Assembly: GCA_042216015.1 (NCBI GenBank)
Contig: JBDGUI010000014.1
Span: forward strand, 3,778-67,777
Direction of reading: 5' to 3'
Source of the DNA: Halodesulfurarchaeum sp.
GTDB taxonomy: Archaea > Halobacteriota > Halobacteria > Halobacteriales > Halobacteriaceae
DNA: 64,000 nt
Shown: positions 49,802 to 59,712 of the stretch, piece after piece
Layout: each line of letters begins with the position of its first letter
How positions within the stretch are numbered: the first letter of the stretch is position 1
Position numbers and translations under genes: made by a program
The notes under the pieces: model-generated
Database searches by the model: none
Told to the model about the DNA's origin: nothing
The model's input: the letters and a program-made list of their open reading frames with translations, nothing else

Positions 49802-50272
49802 ATGCTCAAAGAAGGGCCAAGTGCCCCGGGATTTACGCTGCCGAACCAGGCGGGTTCGGACGTCGCCCACTCCACGTTCGAAGGACAATTCGTCGTCGTG
49901 TCCTTCTACCCCCGTGCTGATACCCCCGGCTGCACGACCGAAGCCTGCAGTTTTCGAGATAAATGGGGAAAATTCGAGACACAGCACGTTCCGGTCCTCG
50001 GTATCAGCGACGATCCCGTCGAGGACCTCGCCGATTTCGCCGACAGGGACGGTCTCCCCTTCGACCTGTTGAGCGACGAGGACGGGTCGGTTGCCAGGGC
50101 CTACGATTCGCGCGGTGAGAAAAACGTGTTCGGGAACGAGGTCGAGGGGACGTTCCGCAATACGTCCGTCATTGCTCCCGACGGGCCGATCGCCGCAGTC
50201 CTCGAGGATGTCGATCCCGAGGAACACGCCACGGACGTTCTCGAAGAGATCGAAGCCCAACAGGGAACGTAG
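49802..50272 (+). CDS. bcp: peroxiredoxin Bcp
   Basis: FYPRADTPGCTTEACSFRD. Confidence 0.92.
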   Translation: MLKEGPSAPGFTLPNQAGSDVAHSTFEGQFVVVSFYPRADTPGCTTEACSFRDKWGKFETQHVPVLGISDDPVEDLADFADRDGLPFDLLSDEDGSVARAYDSRGEKNVFGNEVEGTFRNTSVIAPDGPIAAVLEDVDPEEHATDVLEEIEAQQGT

Positions 50273-50519
50273 AAGAGTCATGGGGGAGACGAGTGACGGC
50301 CTTTGCCATCGCCCTGCATCCAGTTTGGAATCGGTCTGCAATGAACGGGGCCTCGAGAATTTGACGGGTGCCCGACGCCGTTCGTGATTGCCGGGAATCA
50401 GAGTGGAGCCAGAAAATGTAAAATGGCCTATATGACTGTCGGGCCCTGAAAATCGGCCCGATTACCGGCCCCGGCTCAGCCGTTCCACCTCACAAATCTC
50501 GGCCCGAGTAGTACCACTC

Positions 50520-50723
50520 CTAGCCGGCACTTTCGTCCTTGAGCCACGCTGCTCGGTCGATCGTGTAACCCCCACACTCCGGACACTCCTGATACTGCAC
50601 TGCAAGCTCCGCCCCGCACTTCACACACCGATACGGTGTGTCTTCGGGGGATTTGCCCCCGAATATTCCCCGGAGAATGGGGAACGAGCGGATCGATTTC
50701 ACACGTGAATTTAGTATCGCCAT
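50520..50723 (-). CDS. small CPxCG-type zinc-finger protein
   Basis: YRCVKCG...CPECGG; start uncertain. Confidence 0.65.
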   Translation of the reverse strand: MAILNSRVKSIRSFPILRGIFGGKSPEDTPYRCVKCGAELAVQYQECPECGGYTIDRAAWLKDESAG

Positions 50724-51083
50724 CGACTAAATACCCCAAGATCTTTCAATCGCTGGCAGGCGGGCAGATTGGGAGTTTTCGAAGGATTGTGGCCTGGAAT
50801 TGAGCCACAAATCGAAATATTTCGGCCACCGTTCGACCGGGTGTGTTCGAACCGAGTGTGTCACACCCCTCAATTTCCCAATCAATTCATCTCTGAGACC
50901 AAGTCGGCGAGAAGGCCACATGCTCTGGTATCGTTCGGGTGCATCTTTTCGATCAAGGGGTCGGAGACCCGACTCGCTTCGGCCCGTCAACCACGCTTCA
51001 CTTTCACCGTGCTTGGGAGAGGAATATATAGGGGCACGGTGATCGTGTACCCAGGGAAACAGCGACGGTCCCTCTTTGCAGCT

Positions 51084-51239
51084 ATGCCAGGCCAAACGTC
51101 GATTCAGGGGCGGTGTCCGAACTGTGGTGAGTCCATCGACGATCGGGACGTCCTCATCAGTTACGAGCTTCCGAGCGGAACCGAGTATTACGCCGAGTGC
51201 CCGAGCTGTCTCGAGGTCGTCCATCCCGAAAGAAAGTGA
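51084..51239 (+). CDS. small CPxCG-type zinc-finger protein
   Basis: GRCPNCG...VLISYE...YAECPSCLEVVHP. Confidence 0.75.
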   Translation: MPGQTSIQGRCPNCGESIDDRDVLISYELPSGTEYYAECPSCLEVVHPERK

Positions 51240-51330
51240 GTGAGTGCCCGGTGCTTTCGACGGTATCGAGGGGAGGAGAGATGTTGGCAATCCCGATAGC
51301 TTATCCCGCCGTGGACCCAACATCGATGAT

Positions 51331-51786
51331 ATGAGCGAAGAGCGAGTGATCGATCTCCTTCGGAAGGCCTACGGTGACGAGATGGAAACGGTCATGAACT
51401 ATCAGACGAACGCGATCGTTCTCGATGGCGTTCGGGCCGAAGAGATCAAAGAGAGCCTGCAGGTAGACATTCAGGAAGAACTGTCCCACGCCCAGCAACT
51501 CGGCAACCGACTCAAACAGCTGGACGCCCGTCCACCGAGTTCGGCCGATTTCACTCCTCGACAGGAATCGCTTCAGCCACCGACCGACTCGACTGATGTC
51601 CTCTCGGTGATTCGGGGGGTTCTCGAGGCCGAGGAGGACGCGATCGAGACGTATCGATCGCTCATTGCCGCAGCCCGCACCGCCGACGACCCAGTCACCG
51701 AGGACCTCGCGGTGACAATTCTCGCAGACGAGGAGGCCCACCGAACCGAATTTCGGGGCTTCGAGAAGGAATACCGGAACGGCTGA
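51331..51786 (+). CDS. ferritin/Dps-like di-iron protein
   Basis: DEMETVMNY, EELSH, EEDAIETY, DEEAH ExxH motifs. Confidence 0.88.
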   Translation: MSEERVIDLLRKAYGDEMETVMNYQTNAIVLDGVRAEEIKESLQVDIQEELSHAQQLGNRLKQLDARPPSSADFTPRQESLQPPTDSTDVLSVIRGVLEAEEDAIETYRSLIAAARTADDPVTEDLAVTILADEEAHRTEFRGFEKEYRNG

Positions 51787-51812
51787 TTTCGAGTTTCTCA
51801 CGGAAACACCAC

Positions 51813-52052
51813 ATGATAGAACTATACAGCCTCACCGGATGCCCGTACTGTGCGAAAGTCGAGGGGAAGCTGGAGGAACTCGGACTGGAGTACGAACGCC
51901 ACGACGTTCCCAACCTTCGCTCCCGGCGCGAAACGGTAACGGAGGTCAGTGGCCAGACAGGCGTCCCAGTCCTCGTCGATCCGGAAAACGACGTCTCGGG
52001 AATGCCGGAAAGCGACGACATCGTGAAGTATCTCGAACGGACCTACGGGTAA
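51813..52052 (+). CDS. glutaredoxin
   Basis: CPYC, SGQTGVPVLVD. Confidence 0.9.
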   Translation: MIELYSLTGCPYCAKVEGKLEELGLEYERHDVPNLRSRRETVTEVSGQTGVPVLVDPENDVSGMPESDDIVKYLERTYG

Positions 52053-52122
52053 GCCAGTGCCAACTCCAATCGGAGGAGACGATATCCAATCCCTTTTCCG
52101 GATGATGGCCCGTGGGGAGGAC

Positions 52123-52591
52123 ATGTCAATCGAATCCGGCGATTCGGTGACCATCGAATATACGGGCCGGCTCCCAGACGGCACAGTCTTTGACACCTCC
52201 CGTCGATCCGTCGGCGAGAAAGCGGGACTGACCGACTCGGACCCGGATCGGGAGTACAAGGCCCTGACTGCGACGGTGGGGACCGACGAGTTCATCGAGG
52301 GGATCGACGACGCACTGCTCGGCATGAAGGAGGGAGAATCGGTGACGGTCGAACTCCCAGGATGAAGCATACGGCGAATGGACGGACGAGCGCGTCAAAG
52401 AGTACGAGACCGACGAACTCGGCCCAAAGCTTGATGAGGAGATCCCCGAGGAGGGAACCTATATTCAGACGGAAGACGGGTCGGTGGGGGAGATCGTCGC
52501 CGTCGATGAGGGCTCCATTCGTGTCGACTTCAACCACAGGCTTGCGGGTGAATCTCTCACATTCGATCTCGAAGTCATCGACGTCGAGTGA
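52123..52591 (+). pseudogene. slyD: FKBP-type (SlyD-like) peptidyl-prolyl isomerase, frameshifted
   Basis: EYTGRL.DGTVFDTS...GMKEGE, frameshift near 52360, then EAYG...VDFNHRLAGESLTFDLEVIDVE*. Confidence 0.8.
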
Positions 52592-52664
52592 GCCTCGAAG
52601 CGACGGTGGACACGGCGCGTGGAGGACCGATTCGTCCGACAGCGAGCTGAATGCCAATGCGGTC

Positions 52665-52925
52665 TCAGACTGTACCCGGTTCTCTCGCGGCGCCCGCAGA
52701 AGTCCCGTCGGTGTATAGATACAGTCGGCAATGCCCGTGAGAATAGACGAGTTCAGTCACCGATTCAGTCCGCTTGAGTTCTTCAAGCGCCTCTCTGGGG
52801 GGCCGAGGCCGAAGGGTCGTGTTCTCGAGGAGGTCCCGCCGTGTGAGCGGCGCGTTCGTTCGAAGTTCCCGGTAGATGATTTGGACGTTCGGTGGAACCT
52901 CATCGCAGTCGCCTCGCGAATTCAT
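52665..52925 (-). pseudogene. degenerate winged-helix paralog of 9815..10075
   Basis: DEVPPNVQIIYRELRTNAPLTRRDLLENTTL.PR..REALEEL aligns by eye with DLPPSAKLVLKVLEYNGGLTQKQIV. Confidence 0.5.
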
Positions 52926-53101
52926 ATGTGAACGGTGGCATCCGTCGTGCCCAAGGACAGGTTCCAACTGATTGGGTGGCTTTAAGCACTCGTCTCTCGA
53001 TCGGTCCGAGCAGTACGGGCGGTTTTCGTGCGTGACCAACGACCTGCCAGACACCAAATGGAAGGGGAATCGATTTGTCGCATGTACCCCGCTTTCGACA
53101 C

Positions 53102-54016
53102 GTGTCAACGAGTTTCGCCGGGCTGGAACGGCGGCCAACCCCGCTCATCGCGCTCGGAATCGCGATGGTTGCCATTAGCACGAGTGCGATTCTCGTCCGA
53201 CTGAGCGAGGCGCCGAGTCTCATCAAAGCGTTCTATCGATCGCTCTTCACCACTCTCTTCCTGGCTCCGCTGGCGCTTCCCTACCGCGAGGAATTCGACC
53301 TGATTTCCCGCCGAGATGGGGGCTTCGCCGTGGCTGCGGGCGTCGCGTTGGCGGTTCACTTTGCCGCCTGGTTCGAGTCTCTCGAGTGGACCAGCATCGC
53401 CGCTTCGGTGACCCTCGTCCAGACCCAACCCATATTCGTCGCGATCGCCGCCTGGGCAGTACTCGAGGAACGGCTCACGCCCAGGATGGTCGGCGGGATT
53501 CTGACGGCCCTCGTTGGATCGGTGCTCATGTCCGGGAGCGGGTTGCTAGAGAGCGGTGGCATCGGGGCGAATCCGCTCTTGGGGAATGCACTCGCGCTCC
53601 TCGGCGCGGTGATGGCTGCCGGCTACGTGCTTGCCGGACGGTCACTCCGCCAGCGGATGTCGTTGATTCCCTACGTCCTGATCGTCTACGGCGTCGCGAC
53701 GGTGGTCCTCTTCGTCCTCGCCGCGAGTGGTGGCCACCGGTTCACCGGCTATCCGGGGCGGGAATGGGTCCTCTTTCTGGCCATGGCGATCGGCCCAGGA
53801 ATCCTCGGTCACACGCTCATCAACTGGGCACTCGGGTACGTCGAATCCACGGTTGTGAGTGTCACACTTCTCGTGGAACCACTCGGGAGTTCCCTCCTGG
53901 CCCTCGTGATCTTTTTCGAGGTCCCAAGTCGGTGGACCATCCTCGGTGGGATGATCGTCCTCGTCGGCATCTTCGTGACGGCCCGGAGTCGCCAGGCCGG
54001 GCACCCATCCCAGTGA
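53102..54016 (+). CDS. DMT/EamA family transporter
   Basis: About 10 TMs, HFAAWFESL, TQPIFV, GHTLINWAL, EPLG. Confidence 0.9.
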   Translation: MSTSFAGLERRPTPLIALGIAMVAISTSAILVRLSEAPSLIKAFYRSLFTTLFLAPLALPYREEFDLISRRDGGFAVAAGVALAVHFAAWFESLEWTSIAASVTLVQTQPIFVAIAAWAVLEERLTPRMVGGILTALVGSVLMSGSGLLESGGIGANPLLGNALALLGAVMAAGYVLAGRSLRQRMSLIPYVLIVYGVATVVLFVLAASGGHRFTGYPGREWVLFLAMAIGPGILGHTLINWALGYVESTVVSVTLLVEPLGSSLLALVIFFEVPSRWTILGGMIVLVGIFVTARSRQAGHPSQ

Positions 54017-54116
54017 CTCGAGAGCGGGCCATTCGGGCGGAATCCCGATCGGTCCACCGTCCTCGGTTGATTCGAATCGTCACGCACTTGGGCACCCATC
54101 GCGAATCGACGCCTGC

Positions 54117-54190
54117 GCCGCGGTAGCTCAGCCCGGCAGAGCAGTTGATTTGTAATCAACTGGTCGAGGGTTCGAATCCCTCCCGCGGCT
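54117..54190 (+). tRNA. tRNA-Thr(TGT)
   Basis: Acceptor GCCGCGG/CCGCGGC, anticodon arm GTTGA-TTTGTAA-TCAAC, T loop TTCGAAT. Confidence 0.95.
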
Positions 54191-54307
54191 TAGATCTTTA
54201 GGTTTAGAGCCAAACTTATATAGGAATCTAAAGTCTGGGGGTGTTCTCCCTTGACTCTCGAAAAGCGTCGGTTCGAGGGTCGAGGAGTTGTCGAAGTTCG
54301 TCTCGTA

Positions 54308-55379
54308 TACTGACGGACATAAATAATCACTCACATTAGGAACGGCAATTGACTCAATCGCGGTCCAGATCGCGGGACGCAACTCGTCAAGGGACTCAAA
54401 GAACCGATTCCCAAGACGTCGTTTTAGCTGTCTCCAGCACTCTTCTACCGGATTCATGTCTGGCGATCCGGTCGGCAAATACGTCACTTTCAGCGCCGAC
54501 TCATCGATGAATTTCTGGACTTTCTGTGACGTAAAATACGTCGCATTATCGAGAATTACGTGTAACTGTTGCCCAAATTGGGTTTGAAGAGCCTTCAAGA
54601 ACTCGATGGTAACGTCGCTCTTGAACGAGTCTGCGACCTCGGTCACGAACAATTCATCGTCCTCGGTGACGGCGCCAAGTAACTTTACGCCATCGTACGT
54701 TTTCCAATACGGCAACCCGATGCGCTTGCCTTCCGGGAACCACGCTCGATATAGCTCACACCCGACGGCTTTCCGCGTTTGATCGATTGCTACTGTCGTA
54801 TACTCCTCAGGAAGATTACTCGTCAGTTTTTTTGAGGTCTTCGCGAAACTCTTCGCGTTCGTCCTCGTCAGCGGTCGGCGGTTGCGGCCTCGGGGTCTGC
54901 CAGCTGAGACCCGCTTCCTTCAATAATCGCCGGACGTGACGGAGTGTGTACTCGACGCCGAACTCCTCTTTGAGATAGTGGCGAGCTATCTTCGGCGTCC
55001 AAGCCGGTGCGTCGATCCCGACCTCGTCAGGCGGTTTTTGGAACGCCTCTTCGAATTGCTCGCGTTGCTCGTCGGTGAGTTTCGTTGGTCTTCCAGGACG
55101 TGAATCATCGTAGATAGCCTCCATGAGCGGCTCTTCCTCCATTTCGTTGAACCAACGATAGATGAGTCGCTCGCGGAGATCGAACCAGTCGGCGATCATC
55201 GGAACCGATGGACCCTGTTTGTACGAGATCGCTAGCATCAGGCGCTGTGTTGGCTTTTTCTCGTCAACCTGATCGAGCGCATCATGGAGTTGCTCTAGCG
55301 AGAGATTCTCTAGCTTGGGCATACAATATCTATCTAGCTCAAGCTAGTAAGTTCTGTCGATTATTATTGTCTCTTAGTA
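54308..55379 (-). mobile_element. IS630-family element #1 (orfA 54816..55322 plus frameshifted DDE orfB)
   Basis: HTH orfA (WTPK, GLSWQTPRP); DDE orfB (IDQT, LDNATYF, SPDMNPVEECW); A7 run at 54827-54833; imperfect TIRs TACTGACGGACATAAATAA / TACTAAGAGACAATAATAA; flanking TA at 54306-7 and 55380-1. Confidence 0.9.
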
Positions 55380-57845
55380 TAGTTTCGGTAGAATTTCTTG
55401 TATGTCCTGGAACCGGGTCCGGGAGCCAGGATATTGAACACCTTCTTGAGTAATATGTTCGTCACTATCGTCAAAGAATAAAATGTTGTTCTTGCGATAG
55501 TATACTGCGAATTTTGCAAAAAACCGGGACATGGAAATTTCATCAGGGGTGTTTGAAATAATACCAGTGGCTACTTCTCGGAATGAATCCAATTCGACAT
55601 TTTTCTGGACGTCGCGAGCTAGTCTGGCCGCTTTCTGTCGCCCGTCGGAGAAGGTAAGCACCTTCTTTCCTTTATTGGGAAGCTCGGCCTTTCGGGTATC
55701 TTCCGGCTGGATCCCGAACATTGACCGAACGATATTCGCGAACGGCTCCTCTCCTTTCGTTTCCAAATCTTGGATCTTCGTTTCGCCTTTCCACCACCGT
55801 TCCTCAATCCCGCATGCTGGGCAGCGAGTCCAACTCCAAGGATAATCCTCTTCAGGCGGTTCTTCCGTTGGAAGCCATACCTCGATGTGTTCATTGTTGC
55901 TTTCCTGAGCTCGTTGATCGTTCACCAGATGGCCAGAAGAGATATCGAGATGGCGCGATTTCGTTGTTTCTGAAAGCGGTCTATTTTGTTCGTGTTTGGG
56001 ATCTTCATCCGACCGTGGTTCCTCGACCAACAGATGGAGTTCGTCAAGATCATTCGTATCCTCAGGATCTGTCCAAAGAAACGTCGGTCCATGGTTGTCT
56101 TCAGAACGACGATAAGCCTGGAGATACGCTGCACCACAGGTGCGATGACTCAATAACTCAAAGACACGGCTACCACACTCAGGACATGTCGTATGTGGGG
56201 TTGTATAGATCCTGCCCAAAAGGTCCTCACCTTCCGTTACACGGCGCCCCTCACACACTGGATTTACACAGGCATATTGCGCTGGAAGCCCCTTCAAAAA
56301 CATGTGAAGCCGGGTCGGAAGCAATGCCTGGTTTTCATTACGTTGAGCCTCAGTACAAAGGTAAAGTAGATTTCCGGTGGCTTCTTGCGCGAGATCGGCG
56401 TCAATCCCATCGAAAAGTTGCGCTGCAAGGTCCTCAAGTGGTATCGGTTCTTCTTGTAGGTGGTCATGCGCTAAACGAAACAGCGGATCTGTTTCGAGTT
56501 TATTTGCGAGATATTTTCGCGTCGAATCTGTCTCAGATTTATCAGGTAAAGTCCAATCACGCTCTATAGCCAAATTCCGGATTTTCGCATCGTCAATCTC
56601 ATACTCGATTCTAGAGAGTATTTCTGCAGTTCGCTGATCTGATGGCTCACCAGGTTCATAGGTTTTCTGTTCGCCAGTAATTACTGCAAATTCATCCGGG
56701 GAACCAATGGTTAGCTGCGCAGCGAAATCTGGCGCAGCGGTTTCGATGTTTTCACCCATTGTGGCGCTGGTGAGTATGAATCGGACACGATCCCGGGAAA
56801 TCTGCAGATTTTGCAATAGCCGACTCATTAGGAGAGCGACTTCCGCACCTTGTGCACCGCGATAAAGATGAGCTTCATCGAGGACGATGGTGAGTTCGTT
56901 ATCTTCGTCTTCTTCGAGCCACTCCCTGGTGTCCTCAAATAGCGGCTGTTCGATCGGCCGCAATAACATATATTCAAGCATCGAATAGTTGGTGATGAGG
57001 ATATCCGGCGTTCCACCATAATCATCCTCCCCGGCCGAATGCATTTCCTGCCGAGTGAACAGTTCCCGGTCTCCCGGCTGAGTTTGGTATTGGTTCGTCT
57101 TGAGCGCGTTCCGGTTGCGAAATCCTTCCAAATTTTTGGCAGGAATGCGCCCTTTATCCATAAGTTCGTTATATAATTCGGGTTTTTCTCGTTTTAGATG
57201 TAAATACCGCTGAATGACTGGTTTGATTCTTTGGTCGTTCTTATCTGTATCAAATTCGCCGTGGTACGGTGTTCGGCTCGTATACATCCCGAACTGCACT
57301 CGCCGGCCCATATAATCCTCAATTGTATCGGCTCCATCTTCGTCACCAAATAGCAATCTCATTCGTGACAATTGATCGGCAACCAGTGCGTTCATTGGAT
57401 ATAATATCAGCGTCCGCATTCCCCGCTGATCCTGCGAGATGTTTCGCTCTGCTTCCTCCGCAAGCTTACCCAGAATAGAATAAAGGAAGATCTCAGTCTT
57501 CCCAGACCCAGTTCCAGTAGAGACAATAAGATCCTTTTCGTCGTCGAAAAACGCCTCTAACGCGTCTGCCTGATGTTTGTAGGGCGGATCGAATATATCG
57601 AGCCCATCTTCCTCAAGATCCTTCAGCATATCAACAACATTTGTTGGCAGATTGAGGTCCCTGAACTTTCTTCCGGAGACATATGACGGAGTGGCTTCAA
57701 CCCACGGCTCCGTTGAAATTTTACCCTCCTTTAGCAGTTCTCGACGTTCTTTCAATAGTCGTGGATGGTGTAGGTGATAGCTCGATTCGAGGTATTGTTT
57801 CAAATCCGCTTCCAACTGGTCTGAGACCTCTTTGATTGACTGCAT
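55380..57845 (-). pseudogene. DruE-like large SF2 DEAH helicase with Zn-finger insert, 3'-truncated
   Basis: PYKHQ, TGTGSGKTE, YPMNAL, TNYSMLEYMLLRP, DEAH, TSAT, Cys clusters, FSDGRQKAA; motifs V/VI and DUF1998 absent; the stop codon lies inside the IS end. Confidence 0.8.
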
Positions 57846-58639
57846 TAGTTTTGAATGCTGACGGTCGCGTCTTCGATGTTGACTGCCAATTTTCTGAATG
57901 CCTGTTCCACTGATTCTTTGTCTGCCGGATCCAGCCGCCAGTGTATCTTATCTTGTTTTGACTCCTCCCATTGAGCTCCAATCGCATTTAGCCACCTCCC
58001 CTGAGGACGAGGTGGTGGGAATTTTGTACTAAGTCTTATCCCACCCTCCATTGGCGTGAGTTCCACCCGTCGGGTCAGCCCGCTGATATCATCAAGAAGG
58101 AGACAGACCTGCCGCCTATATTTGTATGGGATTTTCACCATTTCGGCATTGGTCATACTATCTGCGGGATCAAGTTTGAGCCAAAATTCATCGCCACCGA
58201 ACTCGACTGGGCTTTTCCATAGACTAATTAAGGTCCCGTCTTCGGTCGTCACCTCAAAGACATCATCGCCCCAATTGAACCCGTAGCCGATATTGCCGAG
58301 GTACGCCTCCCAATCGGCACTCGGCTTCCATTCCAGGTTTTCCCGCATTGAAATGAATTCCTGGAGATATTCATAGTCGAAATTCCCGACGTTTTCTGCG
58401 TCTATGTATGTCTTCTGTGATTGGACGAGAATATCTTTAGCTTCCAGATCTTCCTCACTGGTATTGGAGAAAACCCGGGAAATCCCCTTGAATTCGATCT
58501 CTAACCCTCTATCAAGGAAATGGCTGCTCGGTCGACCGGAAACAAGTAGTGCCTCAGATTCGGTTATCTTGATGGCCCGGGTAGGACCAGGGGCATAATA
58601 CCCGTTGCTGAGTTTCATCAAATCTCCCAAGAAAGTCAT
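57845..58639 (-). pseudogene. helicase partner protein (Druantia accessory-like), probably 5'-truncated
   Basis: TAATG overlap with the helicase start; AT-rich non-host codons; frame stays open to the IS boundary. Confidence 0.6.
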
Positions 58640-58658
58640 AGTAGGGCCTGTTCTGCTA

Positions 58659-59712
58659 TAGTAACCGTTAGAAATAATTGCTCACTTTGGGAAGATTCAG
58701 CTGGTCTAGGCTCTTATCAATCATCACCCTCAACTCTTCAATAGAATCGAAGTACCGATTGCCCAACGCCGATTCTAACTGTCTCCAGCACTCTTCGACA
58801 GGATTTAGGTCTGGACGATAGGCTGGCAATCGCACGAATTCGATGCCGTCACGATCGGCGAGATCTGTCACGGTTGACGCGCGAAAATACGATGCTCCGT
58901 CGAGAACAACGAGCAAATCATCTTCGAATTCTTTGTATAACGCTAAAATGAAATGTTTGGCGTGATCAGCTGTCACGTACTCGGGAAACCGCGAGAAAAA
59001 CGATCGACCGTCGTCGGTGACGGCTCCAAGCAGACACGTCCAATCCCGAAGTCCCGATAACTCCACGCTAGGTCGTGAATTTCGTTCGAACCAGGCCTGT
59101 GTCTGATCGCCATTGACAGATGTTTTCGTCTGATCGATGCAGACTACTGTGGCGTCCATCTCCCTGCGCTTTTTTTGAGGGTTTCGTCGAACTCCTCCCG
59201 ATCTTCGGGATCAGCTTTCGCGTTTTCAGGACGCGGTTTTTGGTAGCTGAGGCCCGCCTCTTTCAACAACCGACGACAGCTCGGGATCGAGTAGTCGGTG
59301 TCGTATGTTTCTTTGAGGTGGTGACGAACGAGCTTTGTCGTCCAGGCCGGTTCGTCGTAGCCTGCTTCCTCCGGTGGATTTCGGACCGTTTGCCGAAAAT
59401 CTTTGAGTTCTTTGTCCGATAGTTTGCGATTCCTCCCAGATCTATGATCATCGGAAACGGCTTCGGCTAACGGTTCATCAGTGTCAAATCGCATCAGCCA
59501 GCTGTAGATCGTTCGCCGGCCCGTACCGTACCACTCGGCGAGTTCGGTCTGCGTTACTCCGTTTTTGTACGCAATCGCTGCTAAGAGGCGCTGAGTCGGC
59601 TTTTTCCCCTCGACTGAGTCGAGAGCGTCATGGAGTGCGTCGAGGGATATCTCTTTTAGGTGGTCCATATAATACAATACTCAATACGGGCAGATAATTC
59701 TGACGGTTACTA
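58659..59712 (-). mobile_element. IS630-family element #2 (orfA 59144..59677, orfB ending 58668)
   Basis: TIRs TAGTAACCGTTAGAAATA / TAGTAACCGTCAGAATTA; TA at 58657-8 and 59713-4; A7 run at 59170-59176; IDQT, LDGASYF, RPDLNPVEECW. Confidence 0.92.

Noticed and set aside
54308-59712. Composite transposon carrying the defence genes
   Set aside because: The two IS630 elements have different TIRs and divergent transposases, and the cargo genes are broken at both ends
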